Below, piece after piece: positions 26,028 to 39,261 of a DNA stretch of 64,000 bases. Under the pieces are notes generated by a model that was not told the DNA's origin, made no database searches, and saw nothing but the letters and a program-made list of their open reading frames with translations. Each line of letters starts with the position of its first letter. Positions within the stretch are counted from its first letter, which is position 1. The stretch is from Octopus vulgaris. Taxonomy: Eukaryota. The stretch lies in assembly GCA_951406725.2 (NCBI GenBank), contig OX597833.1, positions 46,066,001 to 46,130,000 on the forward strand, written 5' to 3'. Position numbers and translations under genes: made by a program.

Positions 26028-26800
26028 GTCAGATGTGAGATCGCCCATGCAGTTATTTTATGGGGAGCTACAATTTGAAGAGTGACCATAACATAAGCCA
26101 ATGAAATGGTACAAGGAGTGTATTCCCGGTAACTTAGTGAAATTGAAACCGGATGTATAATCCTGAGAAGACAAAGCAACTGATAGAAGTGAAACGAGTT
26201 TTTTTTTTTTTTTTTTTTTGCTGAAGGAAGATTTCAATAGCTTTCAGCTAGCCAAAAGACAGCATGCACAGTTAAAACGTACTTTGAGAAAGGAAGATAT
26301 CATGAATGCATCCGATGAAATCAAGAGTGAGAAATGCACTCATTAAGAATGACTTGTGCCATAAGCTGGCTATATATGGAAGCACTCCGTCGGTTACGAC
26401 GACGAGGGTTCCGGTTGATCCGAATCAACGGAACAGCCTGCTCGTGAAATTAACGTGTAAGTGGCTGAGCACTCCACAGACACGTGTACCCTTAACGTAG
26501 TTCTCGGTGATATTCAGCGTGACACAGAGAGTGACAAGGCCGGCCCTTTGAAATGCAGGTACAACAGAAACAGGAAGTAAGAGTGAGAGAAAGTTGTGGT
26601 GAAAGAGTACAGCAGGGATCACCATCATCCCTGCCGGAGCCACGTGGAGCTTTTAGGTGTTTTCGCTCAATAAACACTCACAACGCCCGTTCTGGGAATC
26701 GAAACCGCGATCCTATGACCGCGAGTCCGCTGCCCTAACCACTGGGCCATTGCGCCTCCACAAGCTGGCTATATAAGCCACATAAAAAGCATACTAATTT
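26028..26800 (+). pseudogene. RTE-clade LINE ORF C-terminal relic, interrupted by SINE D
   Basis: RSPMQLFYGELQ..KPMKWYKE..EDKATDRS, RQHAQLKRTLRK and AGYISHIKS match the RTE C-terminus. Confidence 0.7.
26377..26761 (-). mobile_element. SINE family D (tRNA-Arg-like head)
   Basis: TGGCCCAGTGGTTAGGGCAGCGGACTCGCGGTC..GGTTTCGATTCCC; 14-bp TSD AAGCTGGCTATATA at 26363-26376 and 26762-26775. Confidence 0.95.
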
Positions 26801-26890
26801 GTAAAATCAAAATATATAGTAACACCTGTGTAGTATAAGCAGATATCTGTATGAGTAACCCCCGGTTTGAGAAGGCTCATATCACAAAGA

Positions 26891-27282
26891 GTGGAGGCGC
26901 AATGGCCCAGTGGTTAGGGCAGCGGACTCGCGGTCGTAGGATCGCGGTTTCGATTCCCAGACCGGGCGTTGTGAGTGTTTATCGAGCGAAAACACCTAAA
27001 AAAGCTCCACGAGGCTCTGGCAGGGGATGGTGGTGATCCCTGCTGTACTCTTTCACCACAACTTTCTCTCACTCTTACTTCCTGTTTCTGTTGTACCTGT
27101 ATTTCAAGGGGCCGGCCTTGTCACTCTCTGTGTCAGGCTGAATATCCCCCGAGAACTACGTTAAGGGTGCACGTGTCTGTGGAGTGCTCAGCCACTTACA
27201 CGTTAATTTCACGAGCAGGCTGTTCCGTTGATTCGGATCAACCGGAACCCTCATCGTCGTAACCGACGGGGTGCTTCAAATG
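26891..27282 (+). mobile_element. SINE family D with a 52-53-bp flanking duplication
   Basis: Full-length copy; direct repeat at 26838-26890 and 27283-27334. Confidence 0.95.
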
Positions 27283-27394
27283 AGCAGATATCTGTATGAG
27301 TAACCCCGGTTTGAGAAGGCTCATATCACAAAGAAGTTATATGAACCCTATAGTAAAATACGGATTAGAAACACTATGCAGTAATGTATACAAA

Positions 27395-27771
27395 CATGAA
27401 CTTGTTACTAGTTCTAATATTCCTATTCGAACACGTAAAAAATTATATTTGTATGCATCACATATTTATTACATCACATATTTATTAGTGCAGTTACATT
27501 ACAATACTTTGACTGTAATATGAGAGAGACCTAGTCACTCGTTGTCATTGCGTAGCACCGCCCTTTTGTAGTGTTCGATGCTGAAGAGGAGATAACTGCT
27601 CCGAAATGCATGTATCTATCGATCTGGGTAGTGGGGGTCTCTGGGACTGAACTGGTGTATTTACACCCATTTCTCTACAACGAGAATTTTTCCCCATCAC
27701 AAAATATAGTGAACGGCTTAGTTACGGGTTCGAATATGCCTCAAGCATATTGAACTGGTAACAAGTTAATG
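27395..27771 (+). mobile_element. PLE-like fold-back remnant with hammerhead
   Basis: Degenerate inverted arms 27395-27438 and 27722-27771 (AACTTGTTAC.AGTTC...TATTCGAAC.CGTAA) enclose the hammerhead. Confidence 0.6.
27575..27622 (+). ncRNA. Minimal type-I hammerhead candidate, canonical core
   Basis: Stem I TCGATG/TATCGA; CTGAAGA at 27581-27587; stem II GGAG/CTCC; GAAA at 27603-27606; near-palindromic TGCATGTA stem III; AUC site with predicted cut after 27616. Confidence 0.7.
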
Positions 27772-29091
27772 AGTTAAGGAACTCTGTAAAGGTTTCGAAT
27801 CTTATCTACCACATATGTTTGAAGGCTTGCTGGCCAATATCTGAGAGCACACACACGCAATGAAATAAATGGAAGATACAAATTTGTGTAAGTGTGTGTG
27901 TGAGTGAGTGATTTGCATGTATGTATTTGCGTTCGTGTATGTTTATGTGTTTATATGTATATATGTACATACGATAGGCTTAAACGCCTGGGAATGTTCT
28001 ACATATTTTCACAGTTCCACCAATCATTTCTAAAAATAATTTTCCAATTAGTCGTGTATTTTCCGGTTATATGAAGCACAGTTTTTCAAGACTGGTTCTG
28101 GCTGTCAGTCAAATTTCAACCACGTAACCCAATGATCACAGGTATAATTCTAGAGCTATCGTCTGGGTGTTATATCTACAAAATACCCCGCTAGTTAGGC
28201 CTACATTATTGTAATTTTCTGCCTCCATGTATGTATGTATGTATGTATGTATGTATGTATGTATGTATGTATGTATGTATGTATGTATGTATGTATGTAT
28301 GTATGTATATATGTATGTATGTATGTGAGTGTGTGTGTGTCAATGCATTATGTGCTTACGTATGTATGGAAGTGTACGCCTGTCTGTATGCATAAGTTTG
28401 TTTACATTGTCAATCAAGCTCTTTGAAAGCCAAAATTTACTATCAACTGAAAATAGACATGACGCGGTATAAATTCTGTTTGTTTCGTTGATAACATTGC
28501 AATCTCCAACATAACTAAGCCGATAAAATTCCTTACAAGTATTATGTGACCTTGTGATATTACATTCAACGTATTTCCTCCGAAACAAAGAGGGCGCCTC
28601 TAAGTGGTCACTTGACAGGTAAGAAACAGTAGCTAAATCATTCTCAAATCACACTCTACTGCCTATGAAGTCTAGTCATACTTGTACTTAACAAAAAGAA
28701 GCGATATAATCGTAAAGTGGAATTGCTTTTGATCTTCGATCTGTTTAATAATAATCGATTTTGTGCCAAACAACAACACAAATATCAATTATTCTTCTAT
28801 TATAATGTAGTCTCGTTATATATGACAGAGAAGCTCTCCTTCCTCGTCTCTGTTTGTGTGTCTGTCTGTCTTTCCCCATCTCTCTCTTTCTCTTTCATGA
28901 CTTGACACTACCATCTGGCCTCTGGGTATCAGATGGTAGTTACGGAGATTGTCTTTTAGTACCTTCAATTCAGCGAAACTTCTGGTCCTGAAAATGTCGC
29001 TTCCGTTACCCTCAAACATTGCACATCAGAGTCTAGAAATTCGCATTCTCAAGAAAATCAACCGGTCTGCTTCCGCCGCTACTGTGAGTTC

Positions 29092-30060
29092 ACCACCTTA
29101 AATTCATTAACTATTGGTTCGAAATTTTGACACAAGGCCAGCAGTTTTACATAAAACGGAAGTGAGTCGATTACTTCGACCCCAATGCTAAACTGGGTGG
29201 TACTTATTTTATCGACTCTGAAAGAATGAAAGGCAAAATCGGCCTCGGCGGAATTTGAACTCGGTACGTGAAGACCGACGAAACACCGCTAAAAATTTCC
29301 TCCAACGTGCTAAGCATTCTGTCAGCTCTTCGCCTTAAAAGAAATTTCACTAAATATTATTTTCTACTCTAGGCACAAGGCCCGAAATGTTTGAGGACGG
29401 GGGGCAGTGGATTAGATTGACCTCAATACGCAACTGGTACCTAATTTATCAATCCCGAAAAGATAAAAGGTAAAAATCGGCCGCGGCGGAATTTGAACTC
29501 GGTACGTAAAGACGGACGAAAGATCGCTAAGCACTTCGCCTGGCGTGCTAAAAGTTCTGCCAGCTCGACGCCTTAAAAGAAAATTCACTAAATATTATTT
29601 TCTACTACAGGCACATGGTCCGAAATGTTTGAGGAGTGGGGCAATGGATTATATTGACCTCAGTACGTAACTGGTACTTAATTTATCGACCCCGAAAGGA
29701 TGAAAGGCAAAATCGGCCTCGGCGGAATTTGAACTCGGTACGTGAAGACGGATGAAAAAATAACGCTAAACACTTCGCCCGGCGTGCTAAAGGTTCTGCC
29801 AGCTCGCCGCCTTAAAAGAAAATTCACTAAATATTATTTTCTACTATAGGCACCATGGTCCGAAATGTTTGAGGAGTGGGGCAATGGATTAGATTGACCT
29901 CAGTACGTAACTGGTACTTAATTTATCGATCATGAAAAGATAAAAGGTAAAAAATCGGCCGCAGCGGAATTTGAACTCGGTACGTAAAGACGGACGAAAG
30001 CAATTCGCCTGGCGTGCTAAAGGTTCTGCCAGCTCACCGCCTTAAAAGAAAATTCACTGA
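29092..30060 (-). repeat. Tandem array of four units of about 240 bp derived from SINE A
   Basis: Units 2-4 are delimited by CCTTAAAAGAAA(A/T)TTCACT(A/G)AATATT at about 29335, 29572, 29810 and 30040; unit 1 starts with a variant of this motif near 29096. Confidence 0.9.
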
Positions 30061-30490
30061 ATATTGAAGAAGGTTTCATAACAAGGCAACATGGCCTCAG
30101 CTTTTTTTTTTCTCTTTTTTTAGGAAACTAGTCACAGTCAATTGTATCTGCGTATTAGAAAACTCATTGTCACAAACTCATGCACGATTGATTCCCACTG
30201 CGTATAATACAGGATTCAGTTTTCAACAATTCCGTATATTTTTTTTTATGTTTAAACAGTAACAGGCACCATGGTATGTAGCACGACTACCAGCTTCTCC
30301 ATGTGGCATTGGTAGTGGAGCAATGAAAAAACATATGAATGAATAAAAAAAAAAAAATAATAACTAAAAAATAAAGTATCAATGGGAAACTGGTTTCATT
30401 CAACCGACTGAACTTGTTTCCTAAAAATTTGAGACCGTGTATCATTGTTTGAAATTATTATTATGACTATTATTACTATTTATTATTATT

Positions 30491-31018
30491 GAGCAACGCA
30501 TGCCGTCAAAGTGCTCCTGGGGCACAAAAATATGAAGCCCAATATACCCATCATGACCATCCGTCTGATAAGGGTACACCAGGCACATGCATCACAACCA
30601 TATGTGCGTAACATGGTGATCTCATATCAAGATAAACATCGCATGACCTTGCAGGTGGGGCCCAGGTAGAATGTTTTACAGGTCGAGTAGCCTATCCTGC
30701 TCAATAGGTCCTTTGAATAAGATTTGAACGAAACCCTCATGTTTCCAGAGGTGAATTATTCAAATCCCAAAGAATTCCTCTCAACACATGGTTATGATGC
30801 TCCCCCACTACTTCTGCTCATGATCAGAGATGCACATATCGTCAGCCACTAAGGAACATGCTCAACTGGTTATGGTTAAGAAACTGACAAGCAAATCTGT
30901 GGTATTGAGCAGAATATTTGCTGGAGGCTATCTTTTATACCAAGACAAAATAATGTACATGATAACACTTCCAATTAGTTAAGATCAGAAGCCATGAGAG
31001 CCACTGCTTGGTACTGCT
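30491..31018 (-). mobile_element. Non-coding (AAT)n-tailed retroelement of about 540 bp (other copies 47139-47674, 58145-58620)
   Basis: Colinear homology among three copies; the minus strand ends in (AAT)n. Confidence 0.75.
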
Positions 31019-31139
31019 AATTACGCTGAGGTCGACTTTGCCTTTCATCCTTTCGGAGTCGATAAAATAAGTACCAGTTGAGTACTGGGATCAATATAAT
31101 CGACTAACATCTCAGGCTTTGAGTCTTTAATAGAAAGGA

Positions 31140-31303
<164 letters not shown>

Positions 31304-32436
31304 GAAGTGGCTGAATCGTTAGCCGCCGAACAAAATGCTTAGCGGTATCTCGTCCGTCTTTCCGCTCTGTGTTCAACTTTGCATTTCACTCTGGTGGTGG
31401 GGAGAGTTGACAAATTAAAGTACCAGTCAAGAACTGACGCTACCATCTCCGAAAAATTTCTGACCTTGTATCGACATAAAGGTCAAATGTACTAATCAAG
31501 AATAGAAGTTTATAAACATCAACTCTGCCCCTTCTCTCTTCTATAATTGAAGCCTTGTGTCCCTTAGAAGTTAGTGTTGGAGACAAAACCCATTCAGATA
31601 GCTCTTCTGTTTGTCGTTTATTACACCAGAAGCAATAAATAAATATATGTATAGATAAATAAATAAATAAAGAAAGAAAGAAAGAAAGAACGATTCATTA
31701 TTGACCATTATTTATAGAAAGTGGGAAATGTTCCCATTTTGCAAAAAGCACCATTATTTCCGCATGGTTGATTCTGTTCACTGATACAAATCTCCTTTTT
31801 ACCCTATAACGGTTTCATGCACTTTAGCTTGTTTACCAGATAAAATCCGTGACGGAAGAATTACCGAACTTGAATATGGAGAGAATTAAAAAAACATATA
31901 ACATTGTCAACCAAATAAAAATCAGATTATAACCGAGGCTGAGAAAATAACTTAATAAAAGGGATTAGATTATTTTCAGTAACAAAGAACTGTCCTACAC
32001 TTAAAATAGTTCCCATAGAGTCTGGCATTTTCTGTTTTTCTGTTTGTTTTCTTTCTGTTTTTTTTTTTCTTTAAATAACTTCTCTCTGTCCGTCCAGTAC
32101 GAACTAGAGTTGTATTCATTATGAATGGCAGTAATACTATCCGATATATAATGAAGTAATAGCGATATATATATATATATATATATGTGTGTGTATGTGT
32201 GTGTGTGTGTGTGTGTGTGCGTGTGTGTGTATGTGTGTGCATGAATATGTCTCTGTCTATATCTCTCTATATATTATATGTATGTATACACAGACGCATA
32301 CATACACCCACGCACACAAGTATATATTTATGTTTGGTGTAGATACTATGGACTATAAGAACGATAGCAAAAGAGGAATAATATTTAAAAATAAGGCTTT
32401 AGCTTAACCCTTTAATGGAAAAAGAAAATATGTTAA

Positions 32437-32478
32437 CTTATTGACGTTTCGGACGTTAGTCCTTCATCAGAAAAAAAG
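32437..32478 (-). ncRNA. Minimal type-I hammerhead candidate, GUC site
   Basis: Minus strand CTTTTTTT-CTGATGA-A-GGAC-TAAC-GTCC-GAAA-CG-TC-AATAAG. Stem I is weak. It is preceded by a long pyrimidine/CA-rich pLTR-like tract (32480-32870). Confidence 0.7.
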
Positions 32479-33020
32479 GCCATAGAAGACGTGAAAAACG
32501 AAAATAATCAGTGAGAAAAAGTAATTGGTTAAGGATTAGAAACTGAGTGGGGGATGCTGTTCTCTGAAGTTAAGAAGAGAGGAAGGTAAGGAGGTCTAAA
32601 TATAAGAGTGTTTCTGTGTCTGGAAGCGAGCATAAGGGAGAGGTGTTTTAGTGTGGAGCATTTACGTGTGTAGAGGCGTGCAAGTGTATAGATATAGTGG
32701 TGTAGGTTAACGGCGCTGTGGGGTTGTTGGTGTGTGTAAGTAATCATTTGGTGGGTGGTATGAAAGCGTATGTGTAAGAAGGCGAGATCGAGTGTTAGTG
32801 TGAGGGAAAAAATATTGGTGAAGTAAATGGAATGGCCAGAACAACGTTAAACGTGTGACTGTTGCATGTGCAAGTGTTTAGATATCAATTTTTCTCGAGT
32901 CTCAGGACTCGTAAGGCCGACTACCAGGTTTCTATGGTGATAAGTGATCTTGATCACAATATTCCCCTGAAGGGGATGCCGATCAGTTGCCGATCATATA
33001 CTACGTATGCATATGTATGC

Positions 33021-33067
<47 letters not shown>

Positions 33068-33071
<4 letters not shown>

Positions 33072-33270
33072 AATGTAGGATTAAATTTTTTCGAAAAAAA
33101 ATTTTATCAATGGCCAGCATATTAAAAAATACCTTTAAAGGTTAAATTATAAACAACTTATAAATAAGGGCAAGCGAAAAAATTTCTAATGCCAAATATG
33201 CCGAAAATTGGACATATTGTCCATTTACAATATAATTTTTTTCCCAGTACGCACTGGGGAAAAAATTATA
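33068..33270. mobile_element. (TA)n-embedded repeat, possibly a PLE end; longer copy at 54478-54858
   Basis: About 170 bp of shared sequence (TTTTATCAATGG.CAGCATATTAAAAAATACCTTTAAAGGTTAAATT); terminal hairpin TATAATTTTTTTCCCAGT-ACGC-ACTGGGGAAAAAATTATA. Confidence 0.6.
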
Positions 33271-33594
33271 TATATATATATATATATATAGTGTAAGTGC
33301 ACATATATGTATACGTGTGTGCATGTGTGAGTGTGTGCTGGCGCGTGTGTAACCAAAACTAAAAACTCAGAAACGACTGGTTAATTCACACTCACAGGCA
33401 ACTTTTCTTAGTGACAATATCATCAACCACTTCACTCCCTACGTAACTCACAATTCATACTTTCATATATCCACCACCTTTCTTTCGTCCCTCCTCCACA
33501 AATTCTGATACTACATTTAATAAAGTATAGTAAAAATGAGTATTGTAGGACCAAAATATTAAACAGTTCCCATCAAGGATTTCATTTTTTTAAA

Positions 33595-33932
33595 TGCACG
33601 ACTGCGGCCATACTGAGGCACAGTCTTGGGGGGTTTTAGTCGAACAAATCGACCCCAGGACTTTAAAACGTAGTATTTATTCTACCGGTCTCTTTTGCCG
33701 AACCGCCATGTTACAGGGTCTTAAACACGCCAACATCAGTTGTGGCAGGACACACACACGCACACACACGACGGTTTTCTTTCAATTTCTGTCTTTCAAA
33801 CCCACTCACAAGTCTTTGGTCTGCCTGAGGCTATGGTAGTAGGCACTTGCCCAAGGTGCCCCGCGGTGGGACTAAACCTGGAACCACGTTGTAGTGAAGC
33901 AATCTTCTTACCAGACAGCCATGCATGCGCCT
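33595..33932 (-). mobile_element. SINE family B (old)
   Basis: Degenerate match to family B. Confidence 0.75.
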
Positions 33933-34083
33933 GTGGAAATACTATAGAAATACTTCTGAGATGTGATGAAAAATTGTGTAAGCATTTTGTTTTTACATTA
34001 CACATTCAGAGTTTTCAAGAAAAAATATGGCTATTACAAAAAAAAAAAAAATTGAGATACATATGAGTTGATTTTAGTGCATT

Positions 34084-34492
34084 TCTATATCTATAAACGG
34101 CAAATTGTCTGTGTATCTGTGTGTCTGTGTGTCCTTTGTACAAATCAACAGATTTTCACGTAAAAGGCTCGCATTTTCTATGGGCTTTCAAAACTTTCTG
34201 AGGGTGGTCGTGAAGATCTTTTCATTTCCCCAGTCACCCCAGAAAGCCATTAATAAATCGATAAAGCGACCCCTTATGCCCATAAGTTATGGGCATATGG
34301 GCATTGCCGAAGTCCAATGAATATTAATTACTATCATAAAAAGCACCAACTAGCTCATAAACAACAAAACTGGCCCGGGCTGAAATGTGATAAGAAACTT
34401 AGCTCTTGGTTTAGTGAGAAACTTTTACTGCGACCCGGCAACGAACAACAAATACTAGCACTAAACCCGGCAACGCCGGGTCATAGTGCTAG
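34084..34492 (+). mobile_element. Non-autonomous Helitron
   Basis: 5' TCTATATCTATAAA; subterminal hairpin ACCCGGC-AAC-GCCGGGT at 34465-34481; 3' CTAG followed by T. Confidence 0.85.
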
Positions 34493-34681
34493 TTTATTAT
34501 AAATGCGCTAATGAATTTCTGAGTGAATAATGGTCATTATTGATTTGAAAATATTTACGATATAGTGTTTTCATATTTTTATGATGTAATCAGAAGAGGA
34601 AGAGTAGCTCCCAATAAATATTACATTACAGCTGAGACTGATAGGGAGATATATACAATCTATGTGTGTGTGAGTGTGTAT

Positions 34682-34734
<53 letters not shown>

Positions 34735-34948
34735 TTCTCCCACCACCGACTGACAATCGGTGTTGGTATCTTTTCGTTCCCGTAACTTAGCGATTCGGCA
34801 AAAAGAGACTGATAGAATAAATACCAGGCTTAAGAAGACAATAAATACCGGGATCGTTGCATTCGACTAAAAATCTTCCAAGGTGATGCCCCAGCATGGC
34901 CGCAGTCTAATGACTTAAACAAGCAAGAGATAAATGAGTTGCTGCCAA

Positions 34949-35410
<462 letters not shown>

Positions 35411-35447
35411 AGTAATAATGATAATAATAATAATAATAATGATGATA

Positions 35448-35576
<129 letters not shown>

Positions 35577-36073
35577 TATAAACAAGAGACAAAAGAAGCA
35601 AACAAATCGTACGAAATTAAAATCAGGTCAGATTCGTGACATTAATGAGGATACACCTGTGGAAATTTAAAAATAAAGGTAAATTTGATTTGAATTAGTG
35701 GTTTCTGGATTACTCTCAGCAATGCCAAGAATTCGAACTACGCATTCTTCCGGTTTAGGTTACAAAAGAGTTAATTGTTGACTTTTTTTTATATTTGTGG
35801 GGAAGGTCACAGGTATTTGCTGGATCCGGATTGACACCTGTTGCTGTATATTATACTTATATTGTTGAATCCGCATGAGTGAAAGACAATATCGACTGTG
35901 GAAGGATTTGAACTCAGTTCTCAAGTCGAAGATAGATATTGTACAAACGGGTGCTCTATTGAACTGACCGCTGCACTTCCCTCTCTCTCTCTCTTTTCCA
36001 CCTTTCCCTCTTTCTCTCTTTCTCTTTCCTCTTCTATGTATGTGTATATATATATATATATATATACACACAT

Positions 36074-36475
36074 AGGCGCAGGAGTGGCTGTGTGGTAAGT
36101 AGCTCGCTAACCAACCACGTGGTCCCGGGTTCAGTCCCACTGCGTGGCATCTTGGGCAAGTGTCTTCTGCTATAGCCCCGGGCCGACCAATGCCTTGTGA
36201 GTGGATTTGGTAGACGAAAACTGAAAGAAGCCTGTCGTATATATGTATATATATGTGTATGTGTGTGTATGTGTTTGTGTGTCTGTGTTTGTCCCCCTAG
36301 CATTGCTTGACAACCGATGCTGGTGTGTTTACGTCCCCTGTCACTAGTGGTTCGGCAAAAGAGACCGATAGAATAAGTACTAGACTTACAAAGAATAAGT
36401 CCCGGGGTCAATTTGCTCGACTAAAGGCGGTGCTCCAGCATGGCCGCAGTCAAATGACTAAAACACGTAAAAGAG
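36074..36475 (+). mobile_element. SINE family B, young
   Basis: AGGCGCAGGAGTGGCTGTGTGGTAAG head through the AAAAGAG tail. Confidence 0.95.
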
Positions 36476-36587
36476 TATACATACATACATGCATACACAT
36501 GAATTCATATATATATATACACACATACACATATCTATTTATATGTATATATATGCGTGCGTATATATATATATATATATATATATA

Positions 36588-36796
36588 CATGGTGTCCTAG
36601 GAATTGCGCACCACCCTGGTTTTTTTAAAGAATACACCCTTATTGATTTCAAAAGCACTTTATTGAAATTAACGGTAACAAATGCTCAAATTGAGCACCC
36701 TCTACAATAAAACATGCAGAAAAATATAATAAAATAAAAATGCTTTAATTATTTTAAATGAAAACCAGAATGGTGCGTGACTTCTAGGACACCCTC
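36588..36796. mobile_element. Tc1/mariner-type MITE
   Basis: TIRs CATGGTGTCCTAGGAATTGCGCACCACCCTGGTTTT / AAAACCAGAATGGTGCGTGACTTCTAGGACACCCTC; left flank TA. Confidence 0.75.
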
Positions 36797-36996
36797 TTTT
36801 ACTTGTTTCAGTCATTTGACTGCGGCCATGCTGGAGCACCGCCTTCAGTCGAGCAACTCGACCCCGGGACTTATTCTTTGTAAGCCCAGCACTTATTCTA
36901 TCGGTCTCTTTTGCCGAACCGCTAAGTAAAGGGGACGCAAACACACCAGCATCGGTTGTCAAGCAATGCTAGGGGGACAAACACAGACACACAAAC

Positions 36997-37029
<33 letters not shown>

Positions 37030-37202
37030 CATATATACGACAGGCTTCTTTCAGTTTCCGTCATCCCAATTCCACTCACAAGGCATTGGTCGGCCTGGGG
37101 CTCTAGCAGAAGACACTTGCCCAAGATGCCACGCAGTGGGACTGAACCCGGAACCATGCGGTTGGTTAGCAAGCTACTTACCACACAGCCACTCCTGCGC
37201 AT
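36797..37202 (-). mobile_element. SINE family B, young
   Basis: Reverse complement of 36074-36475. Confidence 0.95.
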
Positions 37203-37529
37203 ATATGTATATATACATGCATAAATGGGTATAGGACATAAAAAAAAGTAGACAATATGAGAAACGAGAACATAAAAAACAAAAACATAGAAAACGAACT
37301 TTTGTTCGAACAACGAAAGAAACGAACAAACACAGAAACGAGACAGGCAACATAAAGAACATTCCCTTCATCAGTTGTCCCTGGTTTTGTCTACTCCGCG
37401 TTTCGACATACATATACATACATATATATGCATTTACACACGCACACACACACAATTCCATTTATTTTTTTACTCTTTTGTTAGTTCCTGCCGGTTGGCT
37501 AAAGGCTCTGTTTATCGTTTTCGTGTATC

Positions 37530-37737
37530 TCTTTTACTCTTTTACTCTTTTACTTGTTTCAGTCATTCGACTGCGGCCATGCTGGAGCACCGCCTTTAGT
37601 CGAGCAAATTGACCCCGGGACTTATTCTTTGTAAGCCCAGTACTTATTCTATCGGTCTCTTTTGCCGAACCACTAAGTTACGGGGACGTAAGCACACCAG
37701 CATCGGTTGTCAAGCAATGCTAGGGGGACAAACACAG

Positions 37738-37826
<89 letters not shown>

Positions 37827-37992
37827 TACGACAGGCTTCTTTCAGTTTCCGTCTACCAAATCCATTCACAAGGCATTGTTCGGCCCGGGGCTATAGCAGA
37901 AGACACTTGCCCAAGATGCCACGCAGTGGACTGAACTCGGAACCATGTGGTTGATTAGCAAGCAACTTACCACACAGCCACTCCTGCGCCTA
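37530..37992 (-). mobile_element. SINE family B, young, with (GAGTAAAA)n tail
   Basis: Full length; tail reads (CTCTTTTA)n on the + strand. Confidence 0.95.
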
Positions 37993-38557
37993 TCGTTCAA
38001 GAAAAATTAACATAACGGATCTTAGAGCTAGAAAATACTTCTAGTTGCTCTCAAAAATAATACCAAAGCTGAAACCTTCGGAAAGAAAATAACCGTCTAA
38101 TAATATATTTCCTTATATGATAGGGAATAACTATACAACGGCAATGTTTCGGTATTAGTACATATAACATCAGTCATGAGTGAGTATGTGCGTGTGCAAG
38201 TGTGTGTTTGTTTGTTTGTGTTTCATTTGCTCTATCGAAAGGCAATGTCTCCTCTTCATTCATGATGTCATAGGTTTTTATCGAAAGATAGCCTATATAG
38301 GTTACGTGGCGTTCGTTGTAGACTGGTTGCTAAATATAGAAATATAGAGTGATAGAGGATTAATTCTTGACATGTAGAACACACATAACCATGACTAAGA
38401 GAACATGCATCGTCCTAATTGATGCAATATGTAAAGTCCTGAGTGATAGAAGATACATCATCCTGATTGAGAGAAAATACAGTCTTAATTGATATAACGT
38501 ACTTGTTCCTGATTGAGAAAATGTACATAGTTCAGACTGAGAATATACACACACACA

Positions 38558-38639
<82 letters not shown>

Positions 38640-39005
38640 AATAAAATAAAACATATGCATATATATATAAACATATATGTACGTACCTACCTCTACATGT
38701 ACATATACACGCATATATGAGTACAGGACACCAAAAAGACGTCGAACACAATGAGAAACGAAAACATAGACACAAACCAAAGGAACTGGACATTTTTTTA
38801 AACAACACAAAAAATAGAGTACAGGACAATTAACACAAAGAAAAAAACCCTTCTTCAGTCGCTATGGTTTCATCTACTCTACGTCTCGAAGGTGAAAGCG
38901 AGACGTATCTTCGACAAGAAACTTTCCTTCCTATGTGTAGTAATGGTAAGACAACAAAAGAATTAATGAGACCTCGATATTATGTAAATAGAGGAATTTA
39001 TCTAT

Positions 39006-39114
39006 AATTGTAATATGTGACAATTATTCGGTAGCCATGATAAAACTTTCCACTTCGACGTCCGAAACTCGGAGTTTTATCTTGGCTACCGAATAATTGT
39101 CACATATTACAATT
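39006..39114. repeat. 42-bp inverted repeat with a hammerhead 3' half in the spacer
   Basis: Arms 39006-39047 and 39073-39114; spacer ends CCGAAACTCGGAGTT. Confidence 0.85.
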
Positions 39115-39204
<90 letters not shown>

Positions 39205-39261
39205 TTCTGACTGGCAGAACATTCTTAGTTGATAAAATATACAAAATCCTGATTGACATAA

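Noticed and set aside
26891-26965. tRNA-Arg-like sequence (also at other SINE heads)
   Set aside because: Box A/B are present, but it continues into a SINE body with TSDs and lacks a proper acceptor stem.
29092-30060. CRISPR-like regular spacing
   Set aside because: Whole units are homologous (no unique spacers), the context is eukaryotic and there are no cas genes.
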